A DNA stretch of 64,000 nt from a candidate division FCPU426 bacterium (GTDB taxonomy: Bacteria; Oederibacteriota; Muellerivitia; Muellerivitales; Muellerivitaceae). A model generated the notes under the pieces. It worked only from the letters and a program-made list of their open reading frames with translations. It ran no database searches and was not told where the DNA came from. Below, in pieces: positions 10,401 through 23,349 of the stretch. The stretch is taken from positions 1 to 64,000 of the forward strand of contig CAWHOE010000054.1 of the NCBI GenBank assembly GCA_963830915.1, written 5' to 3'. The translations under genes and the position numbers were made by a program. Each line of letters begins with the position of its first letter. Position 1 is the first letter of the stretch.

Positions 10401-10661
10401 GTCCGCGTCCCCGTTATGGGCGGTTAGGGATGGAAAATCCTCATGGGTCTTTTTGATGGCGGTAATGAGCGAACTGGCGATGGTCTGAACTTCCGAGCGG
10501 AGGGAATCCACCGTGGTCGACAGGGCCGGTGAATTGACCATGCTTGCTTTCGGTGATGGCTGTGGAGCTTGGTTCAGGATCGCCCAGAAAAATAAGCCTG
10601 TCAGCCCAAGGACTGGAAGTACCCCGACGAGAAAGAGAGCCTGGTAATATTTACCTTTCAC
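7407..10661 (-). CDS. Membrane-anchored degenerate histidine-kinase-like protein (TM-sensor-TM-HAMP-coiled coil-HisKA/HATPase-like-Pro-rich tail)
   Basis: GTG 10661 after AGGAG, overlapping the end of gyrA. H-box reads MAEELKTTLG (no His); degenerate N/G boxes (NILYLQ, DPGLTV, GTGLKF). Confidence 0.75.
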   Translation of the reverse strand: MKGKYYQALFLVGVLPVLGLTGLFFWAILNQAPQPSPKASMVNSPALSTTVDSLRSEVQTIASSLITAIKKTHEDFPSLTAHNGDADLENFKSTHSGVSGMVVISLDGKAVKTLPPTPALVEPAYGSSEEFKNIVNHLKEKPGQTYQFYTQRLGYPAFIFAIDLPNKTIVEAAFNLGQFFRPPDPKNGEIFLLDAGSGHYFYHSIPAKMSETFNPNQEPWLTKVQTDLTSQQSGSSLSPPNSAAVYAPLGLASFGVVRVVPFALLQPPSPVETPTPKPSLANLPEFIQTPTGMALFIGAIVMLAWVFIVGAVFFGLILKPLRSANALILNAAEGKGQLTPEVLKKFGQDEVGQVVQASSMLIERMEKEKIDVLSEKEDALRKARTQIEEKTREAAGQVGAAQQQTQSVRNELNEKNQLLNDKLKELDALKGMSEGLRNQNEQSKTENAKLKGQISTTEQGLEEFKKKYNDAQVKFAEMESRMLQAVSASSAIHVSQVRAAAIRTMAEELKTTLGIIKGYVSSALGTAQGGINEKQQEFLGMVINRSARLEKFINDLLDVYQVEVEMEDAKREEVSLATEIEGLAFNFQAQAEVKNIKIKIDAKPDVPKVPVVRRRFNQLWNILYLQIIKDAPRGSVVNISVETIGDNVKVTVPDPGLTVVPEALPKLFDEFYDPKHTASAQLAGTGLKFALVKTILGAHGGGAVAEKGDPGTRLILTFPTKIKKPGEVPPSPEIPTAPASTAAPAAGVKPAGMTFGMPKSPPIPAPSASKPAMTPPGATSPLGGPKPISFGMSKPTGPIPGAVTPGAKPVSPTGSGVLDSLISGKVPPVGAAPVKPMGTPAPGTTPAIPGGMIPPKPAAPPAPGVPSAPKPPSTGFLDSLLEKKIPTTAPAAAPGTIPPKPITPGGMAPPPAPAAPKPPGLTPPAPPLSAPKPPTGSVPPMGALKPAIPIGGMSGVLDSLLDKKMETPPITGPGAPPPAAPKPPTPPVVPPAPPVGAPRPPQPPGMSAPPMPPKVVPTTLKPSTPPAGMLDLDNMDSVKTEDDKPKPPAPPKAPPPPGVPPGGLDASQSIKKDLNKEGEGELIE

Positions 10662-13209
10662 TAGATTCTCCTTCTTCCTCTTTGGGCACGTTGACGACCG
10701 CGACCAATCGGTCATCATCGGACATTTTAATCAATCGGACGCCCTGGGCCAACCTTCCCGTGGTCTTAATTTCCTTCACCCTTTGCCGAATGACCTTACC
10801 CGAGGCCGTCATGGCGATGATCTCATCCTCGTCCCCGACGGAAGTGATGCTGATCGCCAAGCCGTTCTTGGCGGTAGTCTTGATATTCAGTATGCCCTTC
10901 CCACCCCGACCCTGCCGGCGGTAGGCCGTCAGTTTGGTGCGCTTTCCATAGCCCTTCTCGGTAGCGGTCAGGAGACATTTGCCTTCCTTGACCACTTCCA
11001 TGCCGATGACCATGTCATTCTTGCCAAGACGTATACCCTTAACGCCTTTTCCAGCCCGGCCAACTTCCCTCACCTGCTTTTCGGGGAAACGGATGCTCTT
11101 GCCCTGTTTGGTCGCCAGCAGAACGTCCTGCTTGCCGTCAGTGATCTCGGCCGAGACCAAAGTGTCTCCCTTGCCCAGAGTGATGGCGATGATCCCGCCA
11201 GCCCGGGGTTTATCGAATGCCGAGAGGGACGTATTCTTGATGAGCCCTTGTTGGGTCGCCATCAAGATGCTGTTCTTGTCGTTGAATTCCTTCACCGGTA
11301 AAACCGCGGAGATCTTTTCGTTCTCCCCCAGTTTCAAAACATTGGCCAGCGCGGTGCCCTTGGCGTAACGTGAAGCCTCCGGGATCTCATAGACCTTCAG
11401 CCAATGCACCTTGCCGAAATTGGTGAAGATGAGCAGATAGTCGTGGGTCGAGGCGGAGAACATACGCTCGATGAAATCCTCTTCCTTGACCGTGGAACCA
11501 GTGATCCCCTTCCCTCCCCGGCGTTGTTTTTGGTAAGTGTCTACCGGCATACGCTTGATGTAAGCCGCGTGGGAGATGGTGATGACCGCGCTCTCGTCCT
11601 CGATGAGATCCTCGATCTTCATATCTTCCGCCTTGCCGATGATCTCGGAACGGCGCGGGTCCGCATATTTGGTCCTTATCTCGGTAAGTTCGTCCTTGAT
11701 GACTTGCCAGAGTTTCTTCTCGGAAGAAAGGATGCCTTTGAGCATCTCGATGGTCTTGATGATCTCTTTGTATTCTTCCTCGATCTTTTTGATCTCAAGG
11801 TTGGTCAATTGGCGCAGCTGCATTTCCAGGATGGCCTGGGCCTGGATAGGCGATAGTTCGAAGTTCTTGATGAGGGCGTTCTTAGCGTCCTCGCTGTTCT
11901 TGGAGGCCCGGATGGTCTTGATGACCTTATCCAGATTGTCCACCGCGATGCGCAGGCCTTCTAAGATATGGGCGCGTTTCTCCGCCTTGTCCAATTCGAA
12001 TTTGGTCCGGCGGATGACCACGTCTTTACGATGCTCTAAGTAATGGTGGAGCAGTCCCTTCAGGTTCAAGACCCGGGGCTGTCCGTTGACCAGGGCCAGC
12101 ATGATGATGCCAAAGGAGGAGCGGAGCGAAGTGTGGGTAAATAGATTGTTCAAGACGACTTGGCCGTTGACGTTCTTGGAGACCTCGATGACGATGCGCA
12201 TGCCGTCACGGTCGGACTCGTCCCTCAGGTCTGTGATCCCTTCCATTTTCTTGTCGCGTACCAGCTCGGCGATCTTCTCGATGAGCTGGGCCTTGTTCAC
12301 CTGGTAGGGGATCTCGGTGATGATGATCCGCTCGCGGTCCCTTTTATCGGTCTCGATACCGGCTTTGGCCTGCATGCGGACGCTACCTCGGCCTGTGTTG
12401 TAGGCTTCGACGATGCCTTCCCGGCCCAGGATGTAACCACCTGTCGGGAAGTCGGGACCCTTGATGAAATGGACTAGTTCCTTGACGGTGGCTTCAGGGT
12501 GGTCGATCAAATGCAATAAACCGTCGACGACCTCGCCCAGATTATGAGGCGGGACGTTGGTGGCCATACCGACCGCGATACCTTGGGCTCCATTGACCAG
12601 GAAATTGGGGAAAGCGCAAGGAAGAACGACCGGCTCCTCGCGGGTGTTATCGTAGTTGGGAACAAAATCCACCGTATTCTTATCGATGTCCTTGAGCAAT
12701 TCCTCGGCTAGCGGGGACATCCGGACTTCCGTGTAACGTTCGGCCGCCGGCGGGTCGCCGTCCACGGACCCGAAGTTACCTTGCCCATCCACGAGCACAT
12801 AGCGCATGGAGAAATCCTGGGCCAATCGAACGATAGTGTCATAGACCGAGGCGGTGCCGTGAGGATGGTAATTGCCCGTGACATCCCCGGTGACTTTAGC
12901 GGATTTGCGATAAGCCTTGCGGGATGTCAGCCCCAGGTCATGCATGCCCATGAAGACCCGGCGATGGACCGGTTTCAAACCGTCACGAACGTCCGGCAAA
13001 GCGCGACCTACGATGACGCTCATGGCGTAATCGAGGTAGGAATCCTTCATCTCGTCTTCGATATCGGTGGAAACAATATGTCCGCGGTTCTCATCCCCGC
13101 CATCGGTTGGGGCCGCCGGGATATCTTTCTTGGGTGGGACTTCCCCGTTTTCCTTGGAAGGATCGGGCGCTTCGGGTGTGTTATCTTTTCTTTTTTTCGG
13201 TCGTGCCAT
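10651..13209 (-). CDS. gyrA: DNA gyrase subunit A
   Basis: [34 protein letters not shown], GyrA-box QRRGGKG. Confidence 0.98.
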   Translation of the reverse strand: MARPKKRKDNTPEAPDPSKENGEVPPKKDIPAAPTDGGDENRGHIVSTDIEDEMKDSYLDYAMSVIVGRALPDVRDGLKPVHRRVFMGMHDLGLTSRKAYRKSAKVTGDVTGNYHPHGTASVYDTIVRLAQDFSMRYVLVDGQGNFGSVDGDPPAAERYTEVRMSPLAEELLKDIDKNTVDFVPNYDNTREEPVVLPCAFPNFLVNGAQGIAVGMATNVPPHNLGEVVDGLLHLIDHPEATVKELVHFIKGPDFPTGGYILGREGIVEAYNTGRGSVRMQAKAGIETDKRDRERIIITEIPYQVNKAQLIEKIAELVRDKKMEGITDLRDESDRDGMRIVIEVSKNVNGQVVLNNLFTHTSLRSSFGIIMLALVNGQPRVLNLKGLLHHYLEHRKDVVIRRTKFELDKAEKRAHILEGLRIAVDNLDKVIKTIRASKNSEDAKNALIKNFELSPIQAQAILEMQLRQLTNLEIKKIEEEYKEIIKTIEMLKGILSSEKKLWQVIKDELTEIRTKYADPRRSEIIGKAEDMKIEDLIEDESAVITISHAAYIKRMPVDTYQKQRRGGKGITGSTVKEEDFIERMFSASTHDYLLIFTNFGKVHWLKVYEIPEASRYAKGTALANVLKLGENEKISAVLPVKEFNDKNSILMATQQGLIKNTSLSAFDKPRAGGIIAITLGKGDTLVSAEITDGKQDVLLATKQGKSIRFPEKQVREVGRAGKGVKGIRLGKNDMVIGMEVVKEGKCLLTATEKGYGKRTKLTAYRRQGRGGKGILNIKTTAKNGLAISITSVGDEDEIIAMTASGKVIRQRVKEIKTTGRLAQGVRLIKMSDDDRLVAVVNVPKEEEGESSER

Positions 13210-13231
13210 TTTTCGTTATTTTCCTTGTCGG

Positions 13232-15832
<2,601 letters not shown>

Positions 15833-15858
15833 TTATCCTTTTTTAAAACAAATTTTTT

Positions 15859-16191
15859 CTAACGTGTGGCTGATTTTCGAGAAAGGGACAACTCCAGCGA
15901 CTTCACGCCCATCGCCGGTAATTCCCTTTGGAGTTTCTGAAGGAAGTCAACCTTTCGAAAGGTCATTTCATTGAGCCAGATGGAATGATTGAATTCCAAC
16001 CGGATCACCCTTCCCTTCATTTCCACTCCAGTCAAAGCCCTCGAGAACTCTGGTCCAAGCAGTTCCCTGCATTTTTTTTCCAACCGCGACTTTTCAAAAT
16101 CGCCTTTCACTCCCAATGTTTGAAGGGCGCCTTCTAAAAGTTCCGTGATCTCGACCAAACCACCTTCAGGTCTTTTTTTCCGTTTCTTCAT
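15859..16191 (-). CDS. dciA: DUF721/DciA-family helicase-operating protein
   Basis: 110 aa gene between recF and gyrB; WLNEMTFRK..L.KL pattern. Confidence 0.7.
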   Translation of the reverse strand: MKKRKKRPEGGLVEITELLEGALQTLGVKGDFEKSRLEKKCRELLGPEFSRALTGVEMKGRVIRLEFNHSIWLNEMTFRKVDFLQKLQRELPAMGVKSLELSLSRKSATR

Positions 16192-17303
16192 GCCCGGGGA
16201 CCTTCCTGGGCCAATATCAATTTTCCTTCCTCTACCCGGAAGATCCTGGCTTTCTGGGCGGCCGCAGTAAAATCAGCAGGCGCCGTTCCGGTCAAGAACG
16301 CTTGGCCGCCTTGTTGAAGCCGATTCAGAAAGAACGCTTGACGTTTTTCGTCCAACTCCGCCATTACATCATCGAAAAGGATCAAAGGGGCCGTGTGGCA
16401 TTCCTCGTTCAACAACGATAACTGCGCCAACTTCAAAGCCAGGGCACCGGTTCGTTGCTGTCCCTGACTTCCGAACTTACGCATTAAATTTCCATTTACC
16501 CAAAGGCCCAGATCATCCCGATGAGGACCCACGATCGTCAATCCTCGCGCCATCTCTTCCCGTCGAGCCTGTTCCAGTGCTTGAAGCAGTCTCTCTTTTA
16601 AATATCCACCATCTTCCAAAGGAAATTGGGGTTCATAGCGGACCTCAAAACTTTCCACCCCACCGGTGAGGTCTTCCAAAGCCCGACTCGCGAATTTGGA
16701 AAGTCTTACCGCTGTTTCGGCCCTTTTCAACATCACCGCGGCACCGTGCTCCGCCAACGGAATGTCCCAAACCGCCAACTGACTTTCTAACTGGGCAACC
16801 CTCTGACGAAGAAGGGAATTGCGCTGTTTCAAAGCCCGTTCATATTGCTGCAGGTGGCCCAGATACATCTGATCCACTTGGTAAAGGGTTAAGTCCAAAT
16901 ACCGCCGTCGAAGGGATGGCCCTCCCTTTACTAGAAATAGGTCGTCCGGTGAAAAAACAACCGCCGGAAGGCGACCCAACAAGGTCGATAATTTTTTTTG
17001 TTTCTTCCCATTCAAAAAAAGGGATTTGTTCCGCCCTTTTCTAATTTCAAGGAGTAATGCTTCTTGGCCCTCCTCTCGGAACAGATTTCCTTCGATCGCT
17101 CCCGACTCATACCCAAATTGGATCATTTCCTCGTCAGCCGCAGCCCTGAACGATTTGGTGGTCGACAAACAAAATAAAGCCTCTAAAACATTCGTCTTCC
17201 CTTGGGCGTTCGCCCCCAGAAAAAGGTTCAGCTGAGGGTGGAAATCCACCTCCAACGCCTCATAGTTCCGGAAACGGGAAAGACGCATCGAGCCGACATG
17301 CAC
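16188..17303 (-). CDS. recF: DNA replication/repair protein RecF
   Basis: FRNY, GANAQGKTN, GPHRDDL, GSQGQQRT, LFDDVMAELD. Confidence 0.97.
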   Translation of the reverse strand: MHVGSMRLSRFRNYEALEVDFHPQLNLFLGANAQGKTNVLEALFCLSTTKSFRAAADEEMIQFGYESGAIEGNLFREEGQEALLLEIRKGRNKSLFLNGKKQKKLSTLLGRLPAVVFSPDDLFLVKGGPSLRRRYLDLTLYQVDQMYLGHLQQYERALKQRNSLLRQRVAQLESQLAVWDIPLAEHGAAVMLKRAETAVRLSKFASRALEDLTGGVESFEVRYEPQFPLEDGGYLKERLLQALEQARREEMARGLTIVGPHRDDLGLWVNGNLMRKFGSQGQQRTGALALKLAQLSLLNEECHTAPLILFDDVMAELDEKRQAFFLNRLQQGGQAFLTGTAPADFTAAAQKARIFRVEEGKLILAQEGPRA

Positions 17304-17656
17304 TCATCGACCTCTTTAATTAATGTGCGCTCAAAGCGAAGATTTAACGAAAGGGGATTGATCAAAAGGTCTCGGATTCCCTCTCCCCAACAGCTTAGTT
17401 AGGGCTGTTTTTGCATCCAAAGAGCCATTAGTTCTATTTTTTTGAAAATAAGATTATGGTGGAGGTCATGAAGAACCCCCTCGAATTAAGTAGGCTTATT
17501 ATAGTAATTAGTGCTTTGAAATACATTTAAAAATTATTGATATTGCTTACTATTTCAAACATCTTTTAATAAAAAGCATAAATAATAGTGCAAAAAAATA
17601 AGTCTGTTTGGGGCCCTTCACGGACCTTTAATTCTTCCTGGTTGGTTTGTTCGAAC

Positions 17657-17672
17657 TGTTCCACGTGGAACA
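17657..17672. promoter_or_regulatory. parS: parS centromere-like site
   Basis: Perfect palindrome TGTTCCACGTGGAACA. Confidence 0.92.
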
Positions 17673-17712
17673 AAATCGTTAAATCAGCTCCAATGTTTTG
17701 GTTGAAGGTTAT

Positions 17713-18444
17713 TTATTGGATTGGATGCTTTGTCGCCTTGCCGATAGGTCTTGGATAACCCTCCGGAGTTTTCCCCAACTTTTCCACAAGGACATACCAT
17801 CTGGTTTGATCGGATCCAAGTAGTGAATAAGGACTAGTTTTGACAATCTTTGCTTTTAAAACACTTAATACTGTCTGGGACTTATCCACCGTTTTCATTT
17901 GTTCTTCGGTCATCCAATTCACAAGATATCCACCGGGTTTCAATAAGGGTAACCCATATTCCAAAACCACTGGAAAATCCGCAACCGCCCTTGCCACTAC
18001 CCCATCCCAATTTTCCCGGTATTGGGGGTTTTTGCCGAATTCTTCCGCACGTCCCGTCAAGCATCGGGTTTTCCATTGGGTCTCTAGAAGGGATTCCTCA
18101 ACCGCCTTTATCTTTTTTCCTACTGAATCCATTAATGAAAGCTCTAATTCAGGGAAGGCAGCTAGAAGGACTACCCCGGGATATCCACAACCTGTCCCCA
18201 AGTCGAGCCAAGAGGCGTCTTTTTTCAGGAAAGGCTTGATCAAGGGAAGAGAATATGCCGAATCCAAAAGATGGAACCTTAGTACATCTTCGTCCTTGGT
18301 CCATCGGGTCAAATTGAGTGTCTCGTTGATCGTTAGCATCTTGTTCGTGTAATCGACCAGCGCTGATAAGCCCTCATTCGTGAAGTAGGAAAGAAGGCCT
18401 GCTTTCTCAAGGGCCTCCTGAAAATCCTTGGTATTTAAACTCAA
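17713..18444 (-). CDS. rsmG: 16S rRNA m7G527 methyltransferase
   Basis: NLTR, HLLDS, DLGTGCGYPG, GRAEE, ARAVA; follows mnmG. Likely TTG start at 18444. Confidence 0.93.
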   Translation of the reverse strand: MSLNTKDFQEALEKAGLLSYFTNEGLSALVDYTNKMLTINETLNLTRWTKDEDVLRFHLLDSAYSLPLIKPFLKKDASWLDLGTGCGYPGVVLLAAFPELELSLMDSVGKKIKAVEESLLETQWKTRCLTGRAEEFGKNPQYRENWDGVVARAVADFPVVLEYGLPLLKPGGYLVNWMTEEQMKTVDKSQTVLSVLKAKIVKTSPYSLLGSDQTRWYVLVEKLGKTPEGYPRPIGKATKHPIQ

Positions 18445-18445
18445 A

Positions 18446-20353
18446 TTATAGCTCTCCTTGGATTTCAGCTTGTCGCCTGGAAAATCGGCTAATGGCCAAT
18501 AGAAGGACCGCCAAATCAGCTTGGGAGACTCCCTGGATCCTAGATGCCTGACCAAAGGTGACAGGACGGATACGGTTCAACTTCTCTTTGGCTTCTCTTG
18601 AAAAACCAACAACTTCCAAATAGGAAAATTCGGTGGGTATGGTCAGGTTTTCATTACGACTTTGACGTTGCATTTCTTGCCGTTGTTTACGGAAATAACC
18701 CTCGTATTTCAGTTCCACTTCGACTTGAAAAGCGACGTCAGGTTCCATTTGAAGGTCATCCGGTAAAAAGGGCCTGAGATCCTCATATTTCATCCAGGGT
18801 CTTCGGAGTATCTCGTCCAAATGCAACGCCCGATCATTCACAGAGATTCTAAGCGTCTCATTGGGCGCCGCTTCTGGTGGCAAAACCCTGGTCCTGAAAG
18901 CTTTCAAGCCTTTTTCGATCTTAACTTTCTTGTCGATTACGGCATCCCTGAAACTCGCAGGTACCAATCCAAGCTCAAACCCTTTCTCCATAAGCCTAAG
19001 GTCGGCATTATCAGGCCTCAAGAGCAACCGATACTCCGCCTTGGAGGTGAATAAACGGTAGGGTTCCTCCGTTCCTTTGGTCACTAAATCGTCAACGAGG
19101 ACCCCCATATAGGCCTCCGTCCTTGAAAGAAGGAAGGGAGACAACCCCTTGATGACCATGGCCGCGTTGATTCCTGCTAATAACCCCTGCGCGGCGGCTT
19201 CCTCATATCCCGAGGTTCCATTGATCTGGCCAGCGAGAAATAGATTCTTCACTCGATGGGTCTCAAGTGTATGGGTCACCTGGGTAGGCGGTACAAAGTC
19301 ATATTCAACCGCGTAACCAGGACGCACTATTTCCGCCCGCTCTAACCCAGGAATGGTGTGAAGAAAGGCATACTGGACATCCAGCGGCAAGGAAGTGGAA
19401 AGCCCGTTCAAATAAAACTCGTTGGAGGACAATCCTTCCGGCTCCAGGAATATCTGATGACGGATCTTATCGGGAAATTTGACGATCTTGTCTTCAATAG
19501 AAGGACAGTATCGCGGTCCAATGCCCTTGATCTTGCCTGAATAGAGAGGAGAACGGGACATATTGTCCCTGATAACTTGATGGGTTCTTTCATTGGTATA
19601 GGTGATGTAACAGGCTATTTGGGGTTGGAGTGGAAAGTTTGTAGTGAAATGAGAGAAGGGGACCGGGTTTGGATCTCCTAATTGCTCCTCGGTTTTAGAA
19701 AAATCGATGGAACCTCGTCTGACCCTGGGATTGGTTCCCGTTTTTAGTCTTCCGACTTCGAATCCCAATTCTTTTAGATGATTCGATAATCCCTTGGCTG
19801 ATAATTCACCGGTTCGTCCACCTTCGATCTTGGTCTCTCCGATGTGCATCAGACCATTCAGGAACGTTCCCGTGGTGATGATCACGGCCTTGGATCTAAT
19901 TTCCTCACCATATTGGGTGGTCACGCCCATCACGACACCTTTTTCAACGATCAACTTTTCGACCATCGCTTGTCTGACGGAAAGCCTGGACTGTCCTAAT
20001 ACGGTTTCTCGCATCCGTTGGTTATAAAGTTCCTTATCGCATTGGGCACGGATCCCCCAGACTGCCGGGCCTTGAGTGCGGTTCAATAATCGTGATTGGA
20101 TCGAGGTGGAGTCGGCTGTTTTTCCCATCTCCCCGCCAAGCGCGTCGATTTCCCGAACCAAATGTCCTTTGGCCAGTCCCCCTATCGCCGGGTTGCAACT
20201 CATCTTGGCTACCGTATCTGGGTTCATGGTGATCAAGGCTGTGGCCAATCCCATTCGGGCACAGGCAAGCGCCGCCTCGCAACCCGCGTGACCGGCACCA
20301 ACAACGATTACATCAAATTTTGAGGAGCTGACAGACAACTCGAGCCTTTCCAT
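18446..20353 (-). CDS. mnmG: tRNA U34 modification enzyme MnmG (GidA)
   Basis: [48 protein letters not shown]. Confidence 0.98.
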   Translation of the reverse strand: MERLELSVSSSKFDVIVVGAGHAGCEAALACARMGLATALITMNPDTVAKMSCNPAIGGLAKGHLVREIDALGGEMGKTADSTSIQSRLLNRTQGPAVWGIRAQCDKELYNQRMRETVLGQSRLSVRQAMVEKLIVEKGVVMGVTTQYGEEIRSKAVIITTGTFLNGLMHIGETKIEGGRTGELSAKGLSNHLKELGFEVGRLKTGTNPRVRRGSIDFSKTEEQLGDPNPVPFSHFTTNFPLQPQIACYITYTNERTHQVIRDNMSRSPLYSGKIKGIGPRYCPSIEDKIVKFPDKIRHQIFLEPEGLSSNEFYLNGLSTSLPLDVQYAFLHTIPGLERAEIVRPGYAVEYDFVPPTQVTHTLETHRVKNLFLAGQINGTSGYEEAAAQGLLAGINAAMVIKGLSPFLLSRTEAYMGVLVDDLVTKGTEEPYRLFTSKAEYRLLLRPDNADLRLMEKGFELGLVPASFRDAVIDKKVKIEKGLKAFRTRVLPPEAAPNETLRISVNDRALHLDEILRRPWMKYEDLRPFLPDDLQMEPDVAFQVEVELKYEGYFRKQRQEMQRQSRNENLTIPTEFSYLEVVGFSREAKEKLNRIRPVTFGQASRIQGVSQADLAVLLLAISRFSRRQAEIQGEL

Positions 20354-20440
20354 GAAAAGAATGGTTCGTGTTTATATCACAAGTCTTATCACGACTCAAC
20401 GTCACCCCATCTGGCACCAATAGGAGGACGAGGTCTTGTT

Positions 20441-20456
20441 TGTTCCACGTGGAACA
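20441..20456. promoter_or_regulatory. parS: parS centromere-like site
   Basis: Perfect palindrome TGTTCCACGTGGAACA upstream of mnmG. Confidence 0.92.
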
Positions 20457-20727
20457 TTCAAAAAAACAGGCTGTTTTCTTTGCGTTTTAGAGGGTTAATT
20501 CAATATAGCAGAAAATGTTTATTTAGACATTTTTTGTTCTTTTTAAGCTTGTTAATGCTCGTTTGCTTCTCAATTATCCGGCCATTATTCAATAAAGAAT
20601 TGTTATGGGTTGATCCAAATTCCATTTCAAAAAAGGGGGGTGGCAAGCGTGAGGAAAGATTCTGAAAGGGCGTTTCCATTTAAGACATCTTGAACTTCCA
20701 ATATAATCTTTTAGAGACATTTTTTGT

Positions 20728-22101
20728 TCATTTTCCGATACAAAACCGGTTGAATATCTCCTCAAAAGCCGCCACAGGAAGATTCCTTCCGCGGATGCGC
20801 CCAATGGCAAGGGCGGCACTTTTGATCTCCTCGGCCCAAAGTTCCATGGGTCTATCGTTATTGATCAGTGTCTGAAGTTCCATCAAGGAACTACAGGCCT
20901 TGTCTACTTCCTTACGATGTCGGCCGCTCGTCAAAACAATATCATCGCCAACCAGCGATGTTTGGATCATCCCTTCCACTAAGTTCATCAATTGAGGAAA
21001 GCCCTCACCTGTCAAACACGAAACGAACAATTGGCGGTCGGTCGGTCGATCCATTTTCTGCACCCTGATGCCCCCTCGGTCTTCGATCAAGTCAACCTTG
21101 TTGATCATGATCCACGTCCTATCGGAGGGCAGGGATAAGGCCTGGAATTGTTCTATCCCTTCCTTATATGCAATGGCATCCACCACCCAAAGAACCACAT
21201 CCGCTTCCTGGATCACTCTTTGGCTGCGTCTTATGCCTTCTTCCTCCACAACGTTGGAGGATTCCCTAATCCCAGCCGTGTCGAAAAATCGCACCTTGAC
21301 GCCCTTCAGCTTGATCTCTCCTTCCACCACGTCCCGAGTCGTGCCGGCCAAAGGAGTTACGATCGCTCGATCCATTCCCAAAATCCGGTTCAACAAACTC
21401 GACTTGCCGACGTTGGGCGGACCCACCAGGGCGATTGTCAGCCCGTCCCTGAGGACTTTTCCTTGTTCATAACTTTCCGACAATTTCGTAAGACCTTGAA
21501 GGACGCTTTTCACCTCGAGATTAAATTTTGAGCGATCCAGGGGGGCAATCCCATCTTCGGAAAATTCCAGTCGTGCCTCGACCTTTAAATAGAGCGATTT
21601 TAAAAGCTCTTCCATCGGTTCCAAATGGGAGGCCAACCCCCCGGTCAATTGCCTTAAGGCCTGCCTTCTGGCCGCCTCTCCCTTGGCCGAGACCAGCGCT
21701 TCGACCGCTTCCGCTTGGGTCATATCCAACCGGCCATGGATAAAAGCGCGGTAGGTGAATTCGCCCGGTTCAGCCTGGCGGGCCCCCTGGCCCACCAAGA
21801 GGTCCATCATCCTAGCCAAAAGGGAAGGGCTACCATGGGCGTGGAATTCCACCACATCCTCAGCGGTATAACTATTGGGCGATGGCATGACCAAGACCAA
21901 TCCCTCATCCAGAATCTCGTTTGTCGCTGGATCCTGGAACCTTCCTATAAGGATCTGCCGTTTCTTGTCATGGGTCATCAAGGGGGGGAAAAGGCGTCCG
22001 CTGATATCAAATGCCTTATCACCCGAGACCCGGACGATGCCAATCCCGCCTTCCCCGGCAGGGGTGGCTATGGCGCAGATAGTGTCTTCAAGTTGGTACA
22101 T
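20728..22101 (-). CDS. mnmE: tRNA modification GTPase MnmE (TrmE)
   Basis: DTICAIAT, GPPNVGKSS, GTTRD, DTAG, NKVD, C-terminal FCIGK. Confidence 0.98.
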   Translation of the reverse strand: MYQLEDTICAIATPAGEGGIGIVRVSGDKAFDISGRLFPPLMTHDKKRQILIGRFQDPATNEILDEGLVLVMPSPNSYTAEDVVEFHAHGSPSLLARMMDLLVGQGARQAEPGEFTYRAFIHGRLDMTQAEAVEALVSAKGEAARRQALRQLTGGLASHLEPMEELLKSLYLKVEARLEFSEDGIAPLDRSKFNLEVKSVLQGLTKLSESYEQGKVLRDGLTIALVGPPNVGKSSLLNRILGMDRAIVTPLAGTTRDVVEGEIKLKGVKVRFFDTAGIRESSNVVEEEGIRRSQRVIQEADVVLWVVDAIAYKEGIEQFQALSLPSDRTWIMINKVDLIEDRGGIRVQKMDRPTDRQLFVSCLTGEGFPQLMNLVEGMIQTSLVGDDIVLTSGRHRKEVDKACSSLMELQTLINNDRPMELWAEEIKSAALAIGRIRGRNLPVAAFEEIFNRFCIGK

Positions 22102-22144
22102 AGGGAACTAATTTATCACAGTGGCTCGGGAAAGGTTTTGAAAC

Positions 22145-22177
22145 AAAAAAGGCCTTCCCCCAAAAGGGGAAGGCCTT
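22145..22177 (-). terminator. Intrinsic terminator after jag
   Basis: AAAAAAGGCCTTCCCC-caaaa-GGGGAAGGCCTT. Confidence 0.85.
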
Positions 22178-22193
22178 GAACAGGTCCGGCGGA

Positions 22194-23345
22194 TTAAACC
22201 CGATTGCCGATGGAATCATCCACTTCCGGAACGGGCGGAACGGTATTCCCCGGCTCCGGTTGAGCCTCATCCTTCACCGCGACCGGTTGGCTTTCAACGG
22301 GAGCCTTGTTTCCGGGTTCTGGAGTTGACCAGGTCTCTTCCGGCGCGTCCGAATGGACGGCTTCCGGGACCGGAGCCGTGTTTCCAACGGCTTCAGTGGC
22401 GGCCGTTGCTTCCGCTGGTGGGGCAACTACCGCTTTGACCTTGGGCACGATAACGACTTTGCGCCTTAAACCCTCGCCTCGGCTTTCGGTCGTGACATGC
22501 TCATGGTCCTTCAGGGCCAGATGCACCACCCGGCGGTCCTTGGAGCTCATGGGCCTCATGGGGATCTCCGTCCCTGTCTCACGGGCCTTCTGGGCCAGGT
22601 TCACGGCCAACTCGCGCAATTTATCTTTCTGACGTTCCAGGTAATTCTCGACGTCCACCACGATGATGGTCTTCTCATCGCCGGTCATCCGCTGAACGAC
22701 CTTGGAAACCAGATACTGTAGGGCTTCCAGAGTATGGCCATGACGCCCGATCAAGGTGCCGCCGGAAGGGCCCTGGATGTTCAAAACCGGGTTGCCGTCC
22801 GAATCTTTCTGGATCTTCACCGTATCAGGGAAGCTCATCCCCCGAAGGATGCGGCTCAAGACCCCTTCGGCAAAGGGCGCGACCGATTGAGGTTTCAGGG
22901 ATATCTTGACCTTGGCCGGTTTGGACCCGATACCCAGGAACCCCTTGGCCCCTTCCTCCACCACCTCGGTCTTCAAGGCGTCCGTATTGACGTTGAAACG
23001 ACGGGCAGCCGCCTCGATGGCTTCCTCGACGCTTCGGCCCGTGACTTCCACCCAAGACCCGCCGGTCCGGGGTGAATAATGACCCTCGCTGCGCTCATGG
23101 CGTTCCGGCCTGTCATTTCGGGGCCTGGATTGGTAAGGCCTGGAAGTGGAGGAAGAAGGCCGATAATTGCCGCTGGATGGCCTGCGTTCTCCGCGATTAT
23201 CCCCTCGATCCGGCCTGTTGTCCGACCGGTTGCCGCCACGGTACCCGCCGCCGCTGGGGCGGCTTTCCCGGTTATATCCGCCGCTGTTGCCGCTGGGCTT
23301 TCCATATCCTGGTTTGCCGCTGTTCTGATTCGAAAAATTTCTCAT
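22194..23345 (-). CDS. jag: Jag/EloR/KhpB RNA-binding protein (Jag_N-KH-R3H) with long disordered termini
   Basis: GRSVEEAIEAA, GFLGIG, LIGRHGHTLEALQYL, DRRVVH, TESRGEG; directly downstream of yidC. Confidence 0.93.
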   Translation of the reverse strand: MRNFSNQNSGKPGYGKPSGNSGGYNRESRPSGGGYRGGNRSDNRPDRGDNRGERRPSSGNYRPSSSTSRPYQSRPRNDRPERHERSEGHYSPRTGGSWVEVTGRSVEEAIEAAARRFNVNTDALKTEVVEEGAKGFLGIGSKPAKVKISLKPQSVAPFAEGVLSRILRGMSFPDTVKIQKDSDGNPVLNIQGPSGGTLIGRHGHTLEALQYLVSKVVQRMTGDEKTIIVVDVENYLERQKDKLRELAVNLAQKARETGTEIPMRPMSSKDRRVVHLALKDHEHVTTESRGEGLRRKVVIVPKVKAVVAPPAEATAATEAVGNTAPVPEAVHSDAPEETWSTPEPGNKAPVESQPVAVKDEAQPEPGNTVPPVPEVDDSIGNRV

Positions 23346-23349
23346 GGTA

